Of a DNA stretch of 64,000 nucleotides, positions 1 through 9,409 are shown one piece after another. This stretch comes from a plasmid. The stretch lies in sequence record NZ_CP099764.1; one strand, 5' to 3'. The first letter of the stretch is position 1. Each line of letters begins with the position of its first letter. A model generated the notes under the pieces. It ran no database searches. It worked only from the letters and a program-made list of their open reading frames with translations, and was not told the DNA's origin. The translations under genes were made by a program, and so were the position numbers.

Positions 1-978
1 GTGGATAAGTCGTCCGGTGAGCTGGTGACACTGACACCAAACAATAACAACACCGTACAACCTGTGGCGCTGATGCGTCTGGGCGTCTTTGTACCGACCC
101 TTAAGTCACTGAAGAACAGTAAAAAAAATACACTGTCACGCACCGATGCCACGGAAGAACTGACACGTCTTTCCCTGGCCCGTGCAGAAGGATTCGATAA
201 GGTTGAGATCACCGGCCCCCGGCTGGATATGGATAACGATTTCAAGACCTGGGTGGGGATCATTCATTCCTTTGCCCGCCATAACGTGATTGGTGACAAA
301 GTTGAACTGCCTTTTGTTGAGTTTGCAAAACTGTGTGGTATACCTTCAAGCCAGTCATCCCGCAGGCTGCGTGAGCGCATCAGCCCTTCCCTGAAGCGCA
401 TTGCCGGTACCGTGATCTCGTTTTCCCGTACCGATGAGAAGCACACCCGGGAATACATCACCCATCTGGTACAGTCAGCCTACTACGATACTGAGCGGGA
501 TATTGTGCAGTTACAGGCCGATCCCCGCCTGTTTGAACTGTACCAGTTTGACAGAAAAGTCCTTCTCCAGCTTAAGGCGATTAATGCCCTGAAGCGACGG
601 GAGTCCGCCCAGGCACTCTACACCTTTATAGAGAGCCTGCCCCGGGATCCGGCACCGATATCGCTGGCGCGGCTGCGTGCACGCCTCAATCTGAAGTCTC
701 CTGTATTTTCCCAGAACCAGACGGTCAGACGGGCAATGGAGCAGCTGCGCGAGATTGGATATCTTGATTACACGGAGATCCAGCGGGGGCGGACAAAACT
801 CTTCTGCATTCACTACCGGCGTCCCCGGTTAAAAGCACCGAATGATGAGAGTAAGGAAAATCCGTTGCCACCTTCACCTGCGGAAAAAGTCAGTCCGGAG
901 ATGGCGGAGAAGCTTGCCCTGCTTGAAAAACTGGGCATCACGCTGGATGACCTGGAAAAACTCTTCAAATCCCGCTGA
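1..978 (+). CDS. repA: RepFIB replication initiation protein RepA (iteron-binding, RepE/RepB family); GTG at window position 1 used as start, may be 5' partial
   Basis: 325-aa ORF; N-terminal motif [24 protein letters not shown]... characteristic of RepFIB RepA; followed by iteron-like repeats. Confidence 0.85.
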   Translation: MDKSSGELVTLTPNNNNTVQPVALMRLGVFVPTLKSLKNSKKNTLSRTDATEELTRLSLARAEGFDKVEITGPRLDMDNDFKTWVGIIHSFARHNVIGDKVELPFVEFAKLCGIPSSQSSRRLRERISPSLKRIAGTVISFSRTDEKHTREYITHLVQSAYYDTERDIVQLQADPRLFELYQFDRKVLLQLKAINALKRRESAQALYTFIESLPRDPAPISLARLRARLNLKSPVFSQNQTVRRAMEQLREIGYLDYTEIQRGRTKLFCIHYRRPRLKAPNDESKENPLPPSPAEKVSPEMAEKLALLEKLGITLDDLEKLFKSR

Positions 979-1117
979 ACATAAACTGTAGTCAGTGAAG
1001 AGTGCTCCTTTACTGACTACAGCTTATATTATCAGGTGCAGTGAGTGGTCTGCTCACTGCAGTTTATATTCAGTTTCATGCAGTGCTGCCTGTGGCTGAG
1101 CTGCCATCTGCCTGTCC
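979..1117. repeat. RepFIB downstream iteron-like direct and inverted repeats (ctgtagtcagt / actgactacag; cagcttatattatcagg / cagtttatattcag), truncated by IS insertion at 1118
   Basis: Direct inspection: inverted 11-mers and repeated tatatt motifs immediately 3' of repA. Confidence 0.5.
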
Positions 1118-1288
1118 ACGTATAGGAAATTGAAAAACCAGACGATACCGCTGTCCACGCCTTATGCCACGTGAGCCTTTCTGCTTTTCCCTCCACTCCG
1201 GTGGTTTCTCTCTCTGCATGGTCGATTTTTATACCGTAACAGGCTGTTTTTTATACCTGCACCGATTCCCGGGCACACTTAGCCTGTG

Positions 1289-2497
1289 TCAGGCCGGCAT
1301 ATACCTCAGCAGACTGATATCCCGCGCGTTTTTCTTCAGCCCTGATACATTCAGCCCCGCAATGGCCCGGCGGTATACCATCCGGCCGCCACACAGCACG
1401 CATTCGAACGGGTCACGACTCAGGAACTGTTTCACCATTTGTGCATAGCACACTTTCGCCACTGGTTCCGGCTTATCCATCCCCAGAGCACGGTACACCT
1501 GCGGCAGCTTCTCTCCACACACCCGGTTGGCAAGGAACCCGAAGTATCTCACCATCTTAAAAAACTTCTCCGGGATGTGCTGTTTCAGCCTCGCGACCAG
1601 CTCCCGCTGTGTCAGCGTTTCCGTCGCCGTTTCTCCCGTTTTGTGGTCCAGGTAACGGAAGCTCAGACTCGCTCCTCCGTTGTAATGCGCCAGCCGGGAA
1701 GCCGCTATTGGTGGCTTCTTCAGATAACGACCCAGGTAGCGTGCCGTATTCCGCCCTCCGGCTGTCTTCTTCGACATGTACACATGCCAGTATTTTCCGC
1801 CGGCTTTCAGCACCAGGCTTCTCCACTGTGATTCCGTCGTGATATGTGACAACGATTCCGGCATCGCCAGACCTTCTGACCACGCTTTCAGAAGCAGCTG
1901 CCGCATATTCCACATCCACCGCGAACGCATCGCGTCTTTCAGGAAGCTCAGCTTTTTCCAGTGTCCGTGTTTATTCAGACCTCCGCAGGTCACTGACACA
2001 TGCACATGCGGATGCCAGTTGAGACGACGGCCATACGTATGGATGGCGCAGAAGATACCGGGTTCCAGACCCCGTTTCCGGGCTGCATACAGCAGATTCT
2101 CCACCGCCAGACGGCACACGTCATTCAGCAGCCAGCGGTTGCTTTCGAACACCGGCCACAGCGTGTCCGGCAGGGTGAAGACCAGGTGCACCCAGTCGCA
2201 GTCAGGAAGACGATTCAGCTGTGTCGCTATCCACAGGTCTGTGGCCTTTTTTCCGCAGGACGGGCAGGCACGGCTGCCACATGAGTTAGTGACGTATCTG
2301 ACGTGGGGGCACTCAGGTTTATCGCAGTTGTATTCCTTCACACCCAGTATCCGCGTGCCGCAGGCCAGCATTTTTGTGACAGCCTCAACCTCGATATCGC
2401 GCAGGCCGCCCGCATCCAGGAAGGATGTCCAGCACTGGTTGGCTGTGAACAGGCGTTTCAGCGGTCGGGGCTGAAAATCACCACCACTTCGGGTCAT
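1289..2497 (-). CDS. tnpA: IS91-family rolling-circle (HUH) transposase TnpA, 402 aa
   Basis: N-terminal Cys-rich zinc-binding region; HUH motif HTYGRRLNWHPHVHVSV; length matches IS1294-type transposase. Confidence 0.85.
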   Translation of the reverse strand: MTRSGGDFQPRPLKRLFTANQCWTSFLDAGGLRDIEVEAVTKMLACGTRILGVKEYNCDKPECPHVRYVTNSCGSRACPSCGKKATDLWIATQLNRLPDCDWVHLVFTLPDTLWPVFESNRWLLNDVCRLAVENLLYAARKRGLEPGIFCAIHTYGRRLNWHPHVHVSVTCGGLNKHGHWKKLSFLKDAMRSRWMWNMRQLLLKAWSEGLAMPESLSHITTESQWRSLVLKAGGKYWHVYMSKKTAGGRNTARYLGRYLKKPPIAASRLAHYNGGASLSFRYLDHKTGETATETLTQRELVARLKQHIPEKFFKMVRYFGFLANRVCGEKLPQVYRALGMDKPEPVAKVCYAQMVKQFLSRDPFECVLCGGRMVYRRAIAGLNVSGLKKNARDISLLRYMPA

Positions 2498-2750
2498 CCG
2501 CCTTCATCTCCGCTTCAGTTTCGTATAAATCAAAACGACGGCAGGTATGGCAGAACGTGACGTATTCGTACGGTGAATCCGGGTACATTTTGTGGAAGGT
2601 TTCCCAGAAACAGACCGTACAGGAGGGATGACCGGCGATAAAGTCTGTAAATACAGACTGATAAGGGTGATTATTGGCCCTGGCGACGGCTTTCAGAACC
2701 TCTTTCACCATTCTGGTGTGGACTTTCTGGTGCTCCAGGTTGTGTGACAT
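2478..2750 (-). CDS. IS91-family small upstream ORF (ORF121-like), 90 aa, overlaps tnpA start
   Basis: ORF immediately upstream of and overlapping tnpA, present identically in both IS copies. Confidence 0.55.
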   Translation of the reverse strand: MSHNLEHQKVHTRMVKEVLKAVARANNHPYQSVFTDFIAGHPSCTVCFWETFHKMYPDSPYEYVTFCHTCRRFDLYETEAEMKADDPKWW

Positions 2751-2964
2751 GGGAACTCATTCTGGATGGTTACTCTGAAAGCTCATATTCTGCCACACCA
2801 CGATTTGCAGCCGCCAGGCTGCCGTGGTTCATGGTTAGGTTTTGCGATAGTATATTTACGAGCTGATTAAGGTTTGGCATAGTGTGGTTCGTAAGAAAAA
2901 TTACTATTATGCCTTGTCCTTAGTCAGCTTTTTTGTTTTTTGTCGTGTACAGAGAGAAGCCCCC

Positions 2965-3780
2965 ATGAATAAATCGCTCATCATTTTCGGCATCGTCAAC
3001 ATAACCTCGGACAGTTTCTCCGATGGAGGCCGGTATCTGGCGCCAGACGCAGCCATTGCGCAGGCGCGTAAGCTGATGGCCGAGGGGGCAGATGTGATCG
3101 ACCTCGGTCCGGCATCCAGCAATCCCGACGCCGCGCCTGTTTCGTCCGACACAGAAATCGCGCGTATCGCGCCGGTGCTGGACGCGCTCAAGGCAGATGG
3201 CATTCCCGTCTCGCTCGACAGTTATCAACCCGCGACGCAAGCCTATGCCTTGTCGCGTGGTGTGGCCTATCTCAATGATATTCGCGGTTTTCCAGACGCT
3301 GCGTTCTATCCGCAATTGGCGAAATCATCTGCCAAACTCGTCGTTATGCATTCGGTGCAAGACGGGCAGGCAGATCGGCGCGAGGCACCCGCTGGCGACA
3401 TCATGGATCACATTGCGGCGTTCTTTGACGCGCGCATCGCGGCGCTGACGGGTGCCGGTATCAAACGCAACCGCCTTGTCCTTGATCCCGGCATGGGGTT
3501 TTTTCTGGGGGCTGCTCCCGAAACCTCGCTCTCGGTGCTGGCGCGGTTCGATGAATTGCGGCTGCGCTTCGATTTGCCGGTGCTTCTGTCTGTTTCGCGC
3601 AAATCCTTTCTGCGCGCGCTCACAGGCCGTGGTCCGGGGGATGTCGGGGCCGCGACACTCGCTGCAGAGCTTGCCGCCGCCGCAGGTGGAGCTGACTTCA
3701 TCCGCACACACGAGCCGCGCCCCTTGCGCGACGGGCTGGCGGTATTGGCGGCGCTGAAAGAAACCGCAAGAATTCGTTAA
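2965..3780 (+). CDS. sul2: Sulfonamide-resistant dihydropteroate synthase Sul2 (271 aa)
   Basis: Protein MNKSLIIFGIVNITSDSFSDGGRYLAPDAAIAQARKLMAEGADVIDLGPASSNPDAAPVSS... ends ...LKETARIR, matches Sul2 end to end. Confidence 0.95.
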   Translation: MNKSLIIFGIVNITSDSFSDGGRYLAPDAAIAQARKLMAEGADVIDLGPASSNPDAAPVSSDTEIARIAPVLDALKADGIPVSLDSYQPATQAYALSRGVAYLNDIRGFPDAAFYPQLAKSSAKLVVMHSVQDGQADRREAPAGDIMDHIAAFFDARIAALTGAGIKRNRLVLDPGMGFFLGAAPETSLSVLARFDELRLRFDLPVLLSVSRKSFLRALTGRGPGDVGAATLAAELAAAAGGADFIRTHEPRPLRDGLAVLAALKETARIR

Positions 3781-3831
3781 CTGCACATTCGGGATATTTC
3801 TCTATATTCGCGGTTCACTAAAGAGCAGGCC

Positions 3832-4395
3832 ATGGAAACCCTGGGCCTGTCGTCCGGGGGCGATACCAAGGATATTTTTCTGCGGCAGCTCGTCCAGCAG
3901 GTGTCACATATTGATCTCCTGCTGAAAAAGGACTGGTACCTTCTGGAAACCAGGCCAGAACGTCCGTTTTACGTATCAGACAATCCCGTAGTGCTTAAGA
4001 ACAGCAATGACTTCGGTCCGTACGGTAATCTTGGTCTGGCCGTTCGCGGGATACAGATTTACCTCCCCCTGTCATCGACGCTGATGCTGGCCATGTATTG
4101 CCCCTCCATCCGTGAACAGATGGTTCGTCAAAAGCAGCATCTTCAACATCTGCTCGCCAGGGCGCCGCATCTTATCCCCCGTCACATTCGGCCTTTTGAA
4201 AGACTGGAACATATCCGGAGGTATACGGACTATCTTCTTATGCCGCTTACCCCGGAGCATGTCACGCATTACAATTCCCTGCAGGTGGAGTTCGCGGAGC
4301 AGTACGTGTTCTGCGGTGAAAAGGATTTCTCTCTGGTTGAGAGAATGCTGGCCGATAGTGAACGCTACCGGACTGGCCCGCGGTTTACGTTTTAG
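3832..4395 (+). pseudogene. C-terminal part (about 188 aa) of a hypothetical protein gene split by the IS91-like/sul2 unit. The frame is open back to the sul2 stop, and the junction lies within 3781-3831.
   Basis: No start context; same frame as sul2 with no intervening stop other than sul2 TAA; N-terminal partner found at 37612-38091 on opposite strand. Confidence 0.5.
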
Positions 4396-4570
4396 TCCGA
4401 ATTCCGGCCTCACCTGTGCCGGAAAATGACGGCGGGAGCCCCTGTTGTACAGAGGAGTTTTGCCGTGTTGCACCCACGCGAAAGCGGCAGTGGTCACAGG
4501 GACCACCGCCGTAAGGAGATGGTGAGTATCTGTTGACATTCACCATCAGTTCGTGTAGCGTTGCGGCTAC

Positions 4571-4915
4571 TTACTTTAGCAGAGTAAATCTTCGGCAAGT
4601 GGCGGTAACCACTTTACCGATACCCCAGAGTAGTCCGCGCTTTACTGGCGTGACCCATAGTGCCGAAACCGCAAATTTCGACACTATAAAGGCCTTCAGC
4701 CAGGGCACTACAAACCAGACCACCGCAGCACAGAGACCCACATAGGCCATAAGAAGCAAAATACAGAGACAGGCGCTCCAGTATTGCTTCTGGCAAATAT
4801 GGTCCCTGGTTCCGATAACCAGGCGTTTAACGGTGGAGAAAATCGTCCAAATAAAATGGATTTCAGTCTGGAATGGGAATAGAACCGTTCCCTCGGTGTC
4901 TAACAAGTTTTTCAT
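4571..4915 (-). CDS. Small hypothetical membrane protein (114 aa, 2 predicted TM helices)
   Basis: ATG preceded by GGAGG at -7; hydrophobic stretches; no recognisable family. Confidence 0.3.
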   Translation of the reverse strand: MKNLLDTEGTVLFPFQTEIHFIWTIFSTVKRLVIGTRDHICQKQYWSACLCILLLMAYVGLCAAVVWFVVPWLKAFIVSKFAVSALWVTPVKRGLLWGIGKVVTATCRRFTLLK

Positions 4916-5437
4916 AGAACCCTCCCGGGTAAGTATTTACAAAAGTAACTGTCTTGATTTTGGTCATCTCAATAACCTCGTTTTTAAGTCAAAAGGCACC
5001 CGGCGCCTCACACACGTGAACGCTGTTAATGCCGTACAGAATGTTTTATCTTTCAGCTCTGTTATGATGTGTTCATTCGCATCCTCCTGTTTGTCATACC
5101 GATTTTAAGCTCGTTCCGGGGGCTCCCCGGAAAAAAATCCAAAAAAATCCGGGCCGGAATGGTGATAACCAGTCTGGCGGGAAATAAACGGATCTTGTTG
5201 GGGTGGAGCGGGACGGAACAATACTATGAGAGTAATGTTAACAGAAATCACCGCCTTTGTCAAGGCGCACTTATCCATTAAAGCAACTATAGCATAGTAA
5301 TACTGATGTCCATTTAGCAAAAAGTGCTATCCGTCGTTCTGCTGTATGTCTATTTTCCTTCACCTCCGGGCAACCTGGCGAATACATTTTTACTTTTTTT
5401 GCCCCCTGCCCCCTCAGAGTACCGAGACGAAGAGATG

Positions 5438-6257
5438 GGCACTGTTGCAAATAGTCGGTGGTGATAAACTTATCATCCCCTTTTGCTGATGGAGCTGCAC
5501 ATGAACCCATTCAAAGGCCGGCATTTTCAGCGTGACATCATTCTGTGGGCCGTACGCTGGTACTGCAAATACGGCATCAGTTACCGTGAGCTGCAGGAGA
5601 TGCTGGCTGAACGCGGAGTGAATGTCGATCACTCCACGATTTACCGCTGGGTTCAGCGTTATGCGCCTGAAATGGAAAAACGGCTGCGCTGGTACTGGCG
5701 TAACCCTTCCGATCTTTGCCCGTGGCACATGGATGAAACCTACGTGAAGGTCAATGGCCGCTGGGCGTATCTGTACCGGGCCGTCGACAGCCGGGGCCGC
5801 ACTGTCGATTTTTATCTCTCCTCCCGTCGTAACAGCAAAGCTGCATACCGGTTTCTGGGTAAAATCCTCAACAACGTGAAGAAGTGGCAGATCCCACGAT
5901 TCATCAACACGGATAAAGCGCCCGCCTATGGTCGCGCGCTTGCTCTGCTCAAACGCGAAGGCCGGTGCCCGTCTGACGTTGAACACCGACAGATTAAGTA
6001 CCGGAACAACGTGATTGAATGCGATCATGGCAAACTGAAACGGATAATCAACGCCACGCTGGGATTTAAATCCATGAAGACGGCTTACGCCACCATCAAA
6101 GGTATTGAGGTGATGCGTGCACTACGCAAAGGCCAGGCCTCAGCATTTTATTATGGTGATCCCCTGGGCGAAATGCGCCTGGTAAGCAGAGTTTTTGAAA
6201 TGTAAGGCCTTTGAATAAGACAAAAGGCTGCCTCATCGCTAACTTTGCAACAGTGCC
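5438..6257 (+). mobile_element. IS26 copy 1 (820 bp) with 14-bp terminal IRs GGCACTGTTGCAAA
   Basis: Perfect IRs at 5438-5451 and 6244-6257; Tnp26 ORF. Confidence 0.95.
5501..6205 (+). CDS. tnpA: IS26 transposase Tnp26 (234 aa, DDE)
   Basis: MNPFKGRHFQRDIILWAVRWYCKYGISYRELQEM... Confidence 0.95.
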   Translation: MNPFKGRHFQRDIILWAVRWYCKYGISYRELQEMLAERGVNVDHSTIYRWVQRYAPEMEKRLRWYWRNPSDLCPWHMDETYVKVNGRWAYLYRAVDSRGRTVDFYLSSRRNSKAAYRFLGKILNNVKKWQIPRFINTDKAPAYGRALALLKREGRCPSDVEHRQIKYRNNVIECDHGKLKRIINATLGFKSMKTAYATIKGIEVMRALRKGQASAFYYGDPLGEMRLVSRVFEM

Positions 6258-6365
6258 ATCATAGATATTGTCCCGTTCGACACCTGCGGCGCGCAAGGCG
6301 TCGTGCTGCAGGTCGAGAGACTGCGAGCCATCGGCTTTGGAGACGCGGGCATATCCGATCAGCAT
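6258..6365 (-). pseudogene. tnpR: Tn5393 resolvase tnpR, N-terminal 36 codons only (serine recombinase start MLIGYARVSKADGSQSLDLQ), truncated by IS26
   Basis: Minus-strand ORF starting 6365 with canonical resolvase N-terminus; divergent from tnpA as in Tn3-family. Confidence 0.6.
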
Positions 6366-6490
6366 GTATCACAAACGTTGGTTTGAGGCGGCGCTTCGGC
6401 CACGATTGCATTGACCTCTGGAAGTGTATCTCAACCAGCTTCATAAACAAAGCGTCTTGAACGCTATCAGATTTTGAAAAAGGAACATGT
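6366..6490. promoter_or_regulatory. Tn5393 res site / divergent tnpA-tnpR promoter region (inferred from position)
   Basis: Intergenic between divergent tnpR fragment and tnpA. Confidence 0.4.
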
Positions 6491-9376
6491 ATGCCGCGTC
6501 GCGTCACTCTAACCGATCGGCAGAAAGACGCGCTGTTGCGCTTGCCGACTTCACAGACGGATTTGCTCAAGCACTATACGCTGAGTGATGAAGACCTTGG
6601 GCATATCAGGCTGCGTCGGCGCGCTCACAACAGGTTCGGCTTCGCCCTGCAATTGTGTGTCCTGCGCTATCCCGGCCGGGTGCTGGCTCCAGGCGAACTG
6701 ATCCCTGCAGAGGTCATCGAATTTATCGGAGCGCAGCTTGGCCTGGGTGCCGACGATCTCGTAGACTATGCTGCCCGCGAGGAAACACGGCACGAGCATC
6801 TTGCCGAGTTACGGGGGCTCTACGGCTTCCGCACCTTCTCCGGACGTGGTGCGAGCGAGCTGAAGGAATGGTTGTTCCGAGAAGCCGAGATGGCGGTGTC
6901 GAACGAGGATATCGCCCGTCGCTTCGTAGCCGAGTGCCGACGCACCCGCACTGTCCTTCCCGCGACATCCACGATCGAGCGGCTTTGTGCCGCGGCTCTC
7001 GTCGATGCCGAGCGACGCATCGAGACGAGGATCGCCAGTCGGCTGCCTATGTCGATCCGAGAACAGTTGCTGGCATTGCTCGAGGAGACGGCTGATGATC
7101 GGGTGACCCGTTTTGTGTGGCTGCGCCAGTTCGAGCCTGGCTCGAACTCTTCGTCGGCCAACCGGCTGCTCGACCGGCTCGAATATCTGCAACGCATCGA
7201 TCTCCCCGAGGATCTGCTTGCCGGCGTTCCTGCCCATCGGGTGACTCGTCTGCGCAGGCAGGGTGAACGGTATTATGCCGACGGCATGCGCGATCTCCCG
7301 GAGGACAGGCGGCTTGCGATCTTGGCTGTTTGCGTCTCGGAATGGCAGGCGATGTTGGCCGACGCAGTGGTCGAAACCCACGACCGGATCGTCGGCCGTC
7401 TCTACCGTGCTTCGGAGCGTATTTGCCATGCAAAGGTCGCAGACGAAGCGGGGGTGGTGCGTGACACCCTGAAATCCTTCGCCGAGATCGGGGGCGCCCT
7501 GGTCGATGCACAGGATGATGGCCAGCCGCTGGGCGATGTCATCGCGAGTGGGTCAGGGTGGGACGGCTTAAAAACCCTTGTTGCAATGGCAACCAGGCTG
7601 ACCGCCACCATGGCCGACGATCCGCTCAATCATGTGCTCGACGGTTATCACCGCTTCCGCCGATACGCTCCACGCATGTTGCGCCTGCTCGATCTGCGAG
7701 CTGCGCCCGTTGCACTGCCGCTTCTGGAAGCGGTGACGGCCCTTCGTACCGGTTTGAACGATGCCGCGATGACCAGCTTCTTGCGGCCCAGCTCGAAATG
7801 GCATCGCCACCTTCGGGCCCAGAGGGCTGGCGACGCTCGCCTATGGGAGATCGCGGTGCTGTTCCATCTGCGCGATGCGTTCCGCTCCGGAGATGTCTGG
7901 CTTACTAGGTCCCGGCGCTATGGCGATCTGAAACACGCACTCGTTCCGGCACAATCCATCGCGGAAGGCGGTCGTCTCGCTGTGCCATTGCGGCCGGAGG
8001 AATGGCTGGCAGACCGGCAAGCTCGCCTCGACATGCGGTTGCGCGAGCTTGGCCGTGCCGCTCGCGCAGGCACGATCCCGGGCGGGTCGATTGAAAACGG
8101 CGTTCTGCATATCGAGAAACTCGAAGCCGCCGCGCCGACAGGCGCCGAAGATCTGGTGCTCGATCTCTACAAGCAGATCCCGCCCACGCGCATCACCGAT
8201 CTCCTGCTGGAGGTGGATGCGGCGACCGGCTTCACCGAAGCGTTCACCCATCTGCGCACAGGAGCACCCTGCGCTGACCGGATCGGGCTAATGAACGTTA
8301 TCTTGGCGGAAGGGATCAACCTCGGCTTGCGCAAAATGGCGGATGCGACAAACACCCACACCTTCTGGGAATTGATCCGCATTGGACGGTGGCATGTCGA
8401 GGGCGAAGCCTATGACCGGGCGCTGGCCATGGTGGTCGAGGCACAGGCAGCGTTACCCATGGCCCGGTTCTGGGGCATGGGCACGTCGGCTTCGAGCGAC
8501 GGACAGTTCTTCGTCGCTACAGAGCAAGGTGAGGCCATGAACCTGGTCAACGCGAAATATGGCAATACCCCGGGCCTGAAAGCCTATAGCCACGTCTCCG
8601 ACCAATATGCGCCGTTCGCAACCCAGGTGATTCCTGCAACGGCAAGCGAAGCGCCTTACATCCTCGATGGCCTGCTGATGAACGATGCTGGACGCCATAT
8701 CCGCGAGCAGTTCACCGACACGGGCGGCTTCACCGATCACGTCTTTGCCGCATGTGCCATTCTCGGCTACCGGTTCGCTCCGCGCATCCGCGACCTGCCA
8801 TCCAAACGGCTCTACGCGTTCAATCCGTCGGCCGCCCCGGCGCACCTGCGAGCGTTGATCGGCGGAAAGGTCAACCAAGCCATGATCGAGCGCAATTGGC
8901 CCGACATCCTGCGCATCGCCGCCACCATTGCTGCCGGGACCGTCGCGCCAAGCCAGATTCTGCGGAAACTCGCCTCCTATCCGCGGCAGAACGAGCTCGC
9001 GACAGCCCTGCGGGAAGTCGGTCGCGTCGAGCGCACCCTGTTCATGATCGACTGGATTCTGGATGCCGAACTCCAACGGCGTGCCCAGATCGGGCTCAAC
9101 AAAGGCGAAGCTCATCATGCGCTGAAGCGGGCAATCAGCTTCCACCGCCGCGGTGAAATCCGCGACCGTTCCGCCGAAGGCCAGCATTACCGCATCGCCG
9201 GCATGAATCTGCTCGCCGCCATCATCATCTTCTGGAACACCATGAAGCTCGGCGAGGTCGTTGCAAACCAGAAACGCGATGGAAAGCTGCTATCGCCCGA
9301 TCTCTTGGCCCATGTTTCGCCGCTCGGATGGGAACACATCAATCTCACCGGAGAATATCGCTGGCCAAAGCCTTAG
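6491..9376 (+). CDS. tnpA: Tn3-family transposase TnpA of Tn5393 (961 aa)
   Basis: 961-aa ORF, Tn3-family transposase; ends inside Tn5393 terminal IR. Confidence 0.85.
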   Translation: MPRRVTLTDRQKDALLRLPTSQTDLLKHYTLSDEDLGHIRLRRRAHNRFGFALQLCVLRYPGRVLAPGELIPAEVIEFIGAQLGLGADDLVDYAAREETRHEHLAELRGLYGFRTFSGRGASELKEWLFREAEMAVSNEDIARRFVAECRRTRTVLPATSTIERLCAAALVDAERRIETRIASRLPMSIREQLLALLEETADDRVTRFVWLRQFEPGSNSSSANRLLDRLEYLQRIDLPEDLLAGVPAHRVTRLRRQGERYYADGMRDLPEDRRLAILAVCVSEWQAMLADAVVETHDRIVGRLYRASERICHAKVADEAGVVRDTLKSFAEIGGALVDAQDDGQPLGDVIASGSGWDGLKTLVAMATRLTATMADDPLNHVLDGYHRFRRYAPRMLRLLDLRAAPVALPLLEAVTALRTGLNDAAMTSFLRPSSKWHRHLRAQRAGDARLWEIAVLFHLRDAFRSGDVWLTRSRRYGDLKHALVPAQSIAEGGRLAVPLRPEEWLADRQARLDMRLRELGRAARAGTIPGGSIENGVLHIEKLEAAAPTGAEDLVLDLYKQIPPTRITDLLLEVDAATGFTEAFTHLRTGAPCADRIGLMNVILAEGINLGLRKMADATNTHTFWELIRIGRWHVEGEAYDRALAMVVEAQAALPMARFWGMGTSASSDGQFFVATEQGEAMNLVNAKYGNTPGLKAYSHVSDQYAPFATQVIPATASEAPYILDGLLMNDAGRHIREQFTDTGGFTDHVFAACAILGYRFAPRIRDLPSKRLYAFNPSAAPAHLRALIGGKVNQAMIERNWPDILRIAATIAAGTVAPSQILRKLASYPRQNELATALREVGRVERTLFMIDWILDAELQRRAQIGLNKGEAHHALKRAISFHRRGEIRDRSAEGQHYRIAGMNLLAAIIIFWNTMKLGEVVANQKRDGKLLSPDLLAHVSPLGWEHINLTGEYRWPKP

Positions 9377-9409
9377 CGTAGGATTCCGCCCCCTCCCGCA
9401 AACGACCCC
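9372..9409. repeat. Tn5393 terminal inverted repeat (IRL, outer end at 9409): ccttagcgtaggattccgccccctcccgcaaacgacccc
   Basis: Reverse complement of GGGGTCGTTTGCGGGAGGGGGCGGAATCCTACGCTAAGG; inverted duplicate at 11520. Confidence 0.85.

Larger units (their letters stand above)
1118..2830 (-). mobile_element. IS91-family insertion sequence, IS1294-like, copy A (1713 bp); oriIS-like end ...gtttttcaatttcctatacgt at 1118 side, terIS-like end (hairpin-rich, ...gccgtggttc) at 2830
   Basis: 100% inverted duplicate of 35899-37611; HUH rolling-circle transposase ORF plus small upstream ORF; conserved TTTCCTATAC ori motif. Confidence 0.8.

Noticed and set aside
1776-2474. 232-aa plus-strand ORF and other ORFs antisense to the IS91-family transposase (also 36255-36953)
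   Set aside because: Overlap a convincing HUH transposase on the other strand; Arg/Ser-rich low-complexity translation typical of antisense GC-rich DNA.
2884-2964. N-terminal extension of sul2 (MVRKKNYYYALSL...)
   Set aside because: Sul2 matches its family from MNKSLIIF; the extension is promoter/junction DNA.
5414-6028. 204-aa minus-strand ORF inside IS26 (also 28131-28721)
   Set aside because: Antisense to Tnp26 within a well-defined IS. Only the portion of the copy-2 ORF outside IS26 (27860-28130) is meaningful, as the endonuclease fragment.
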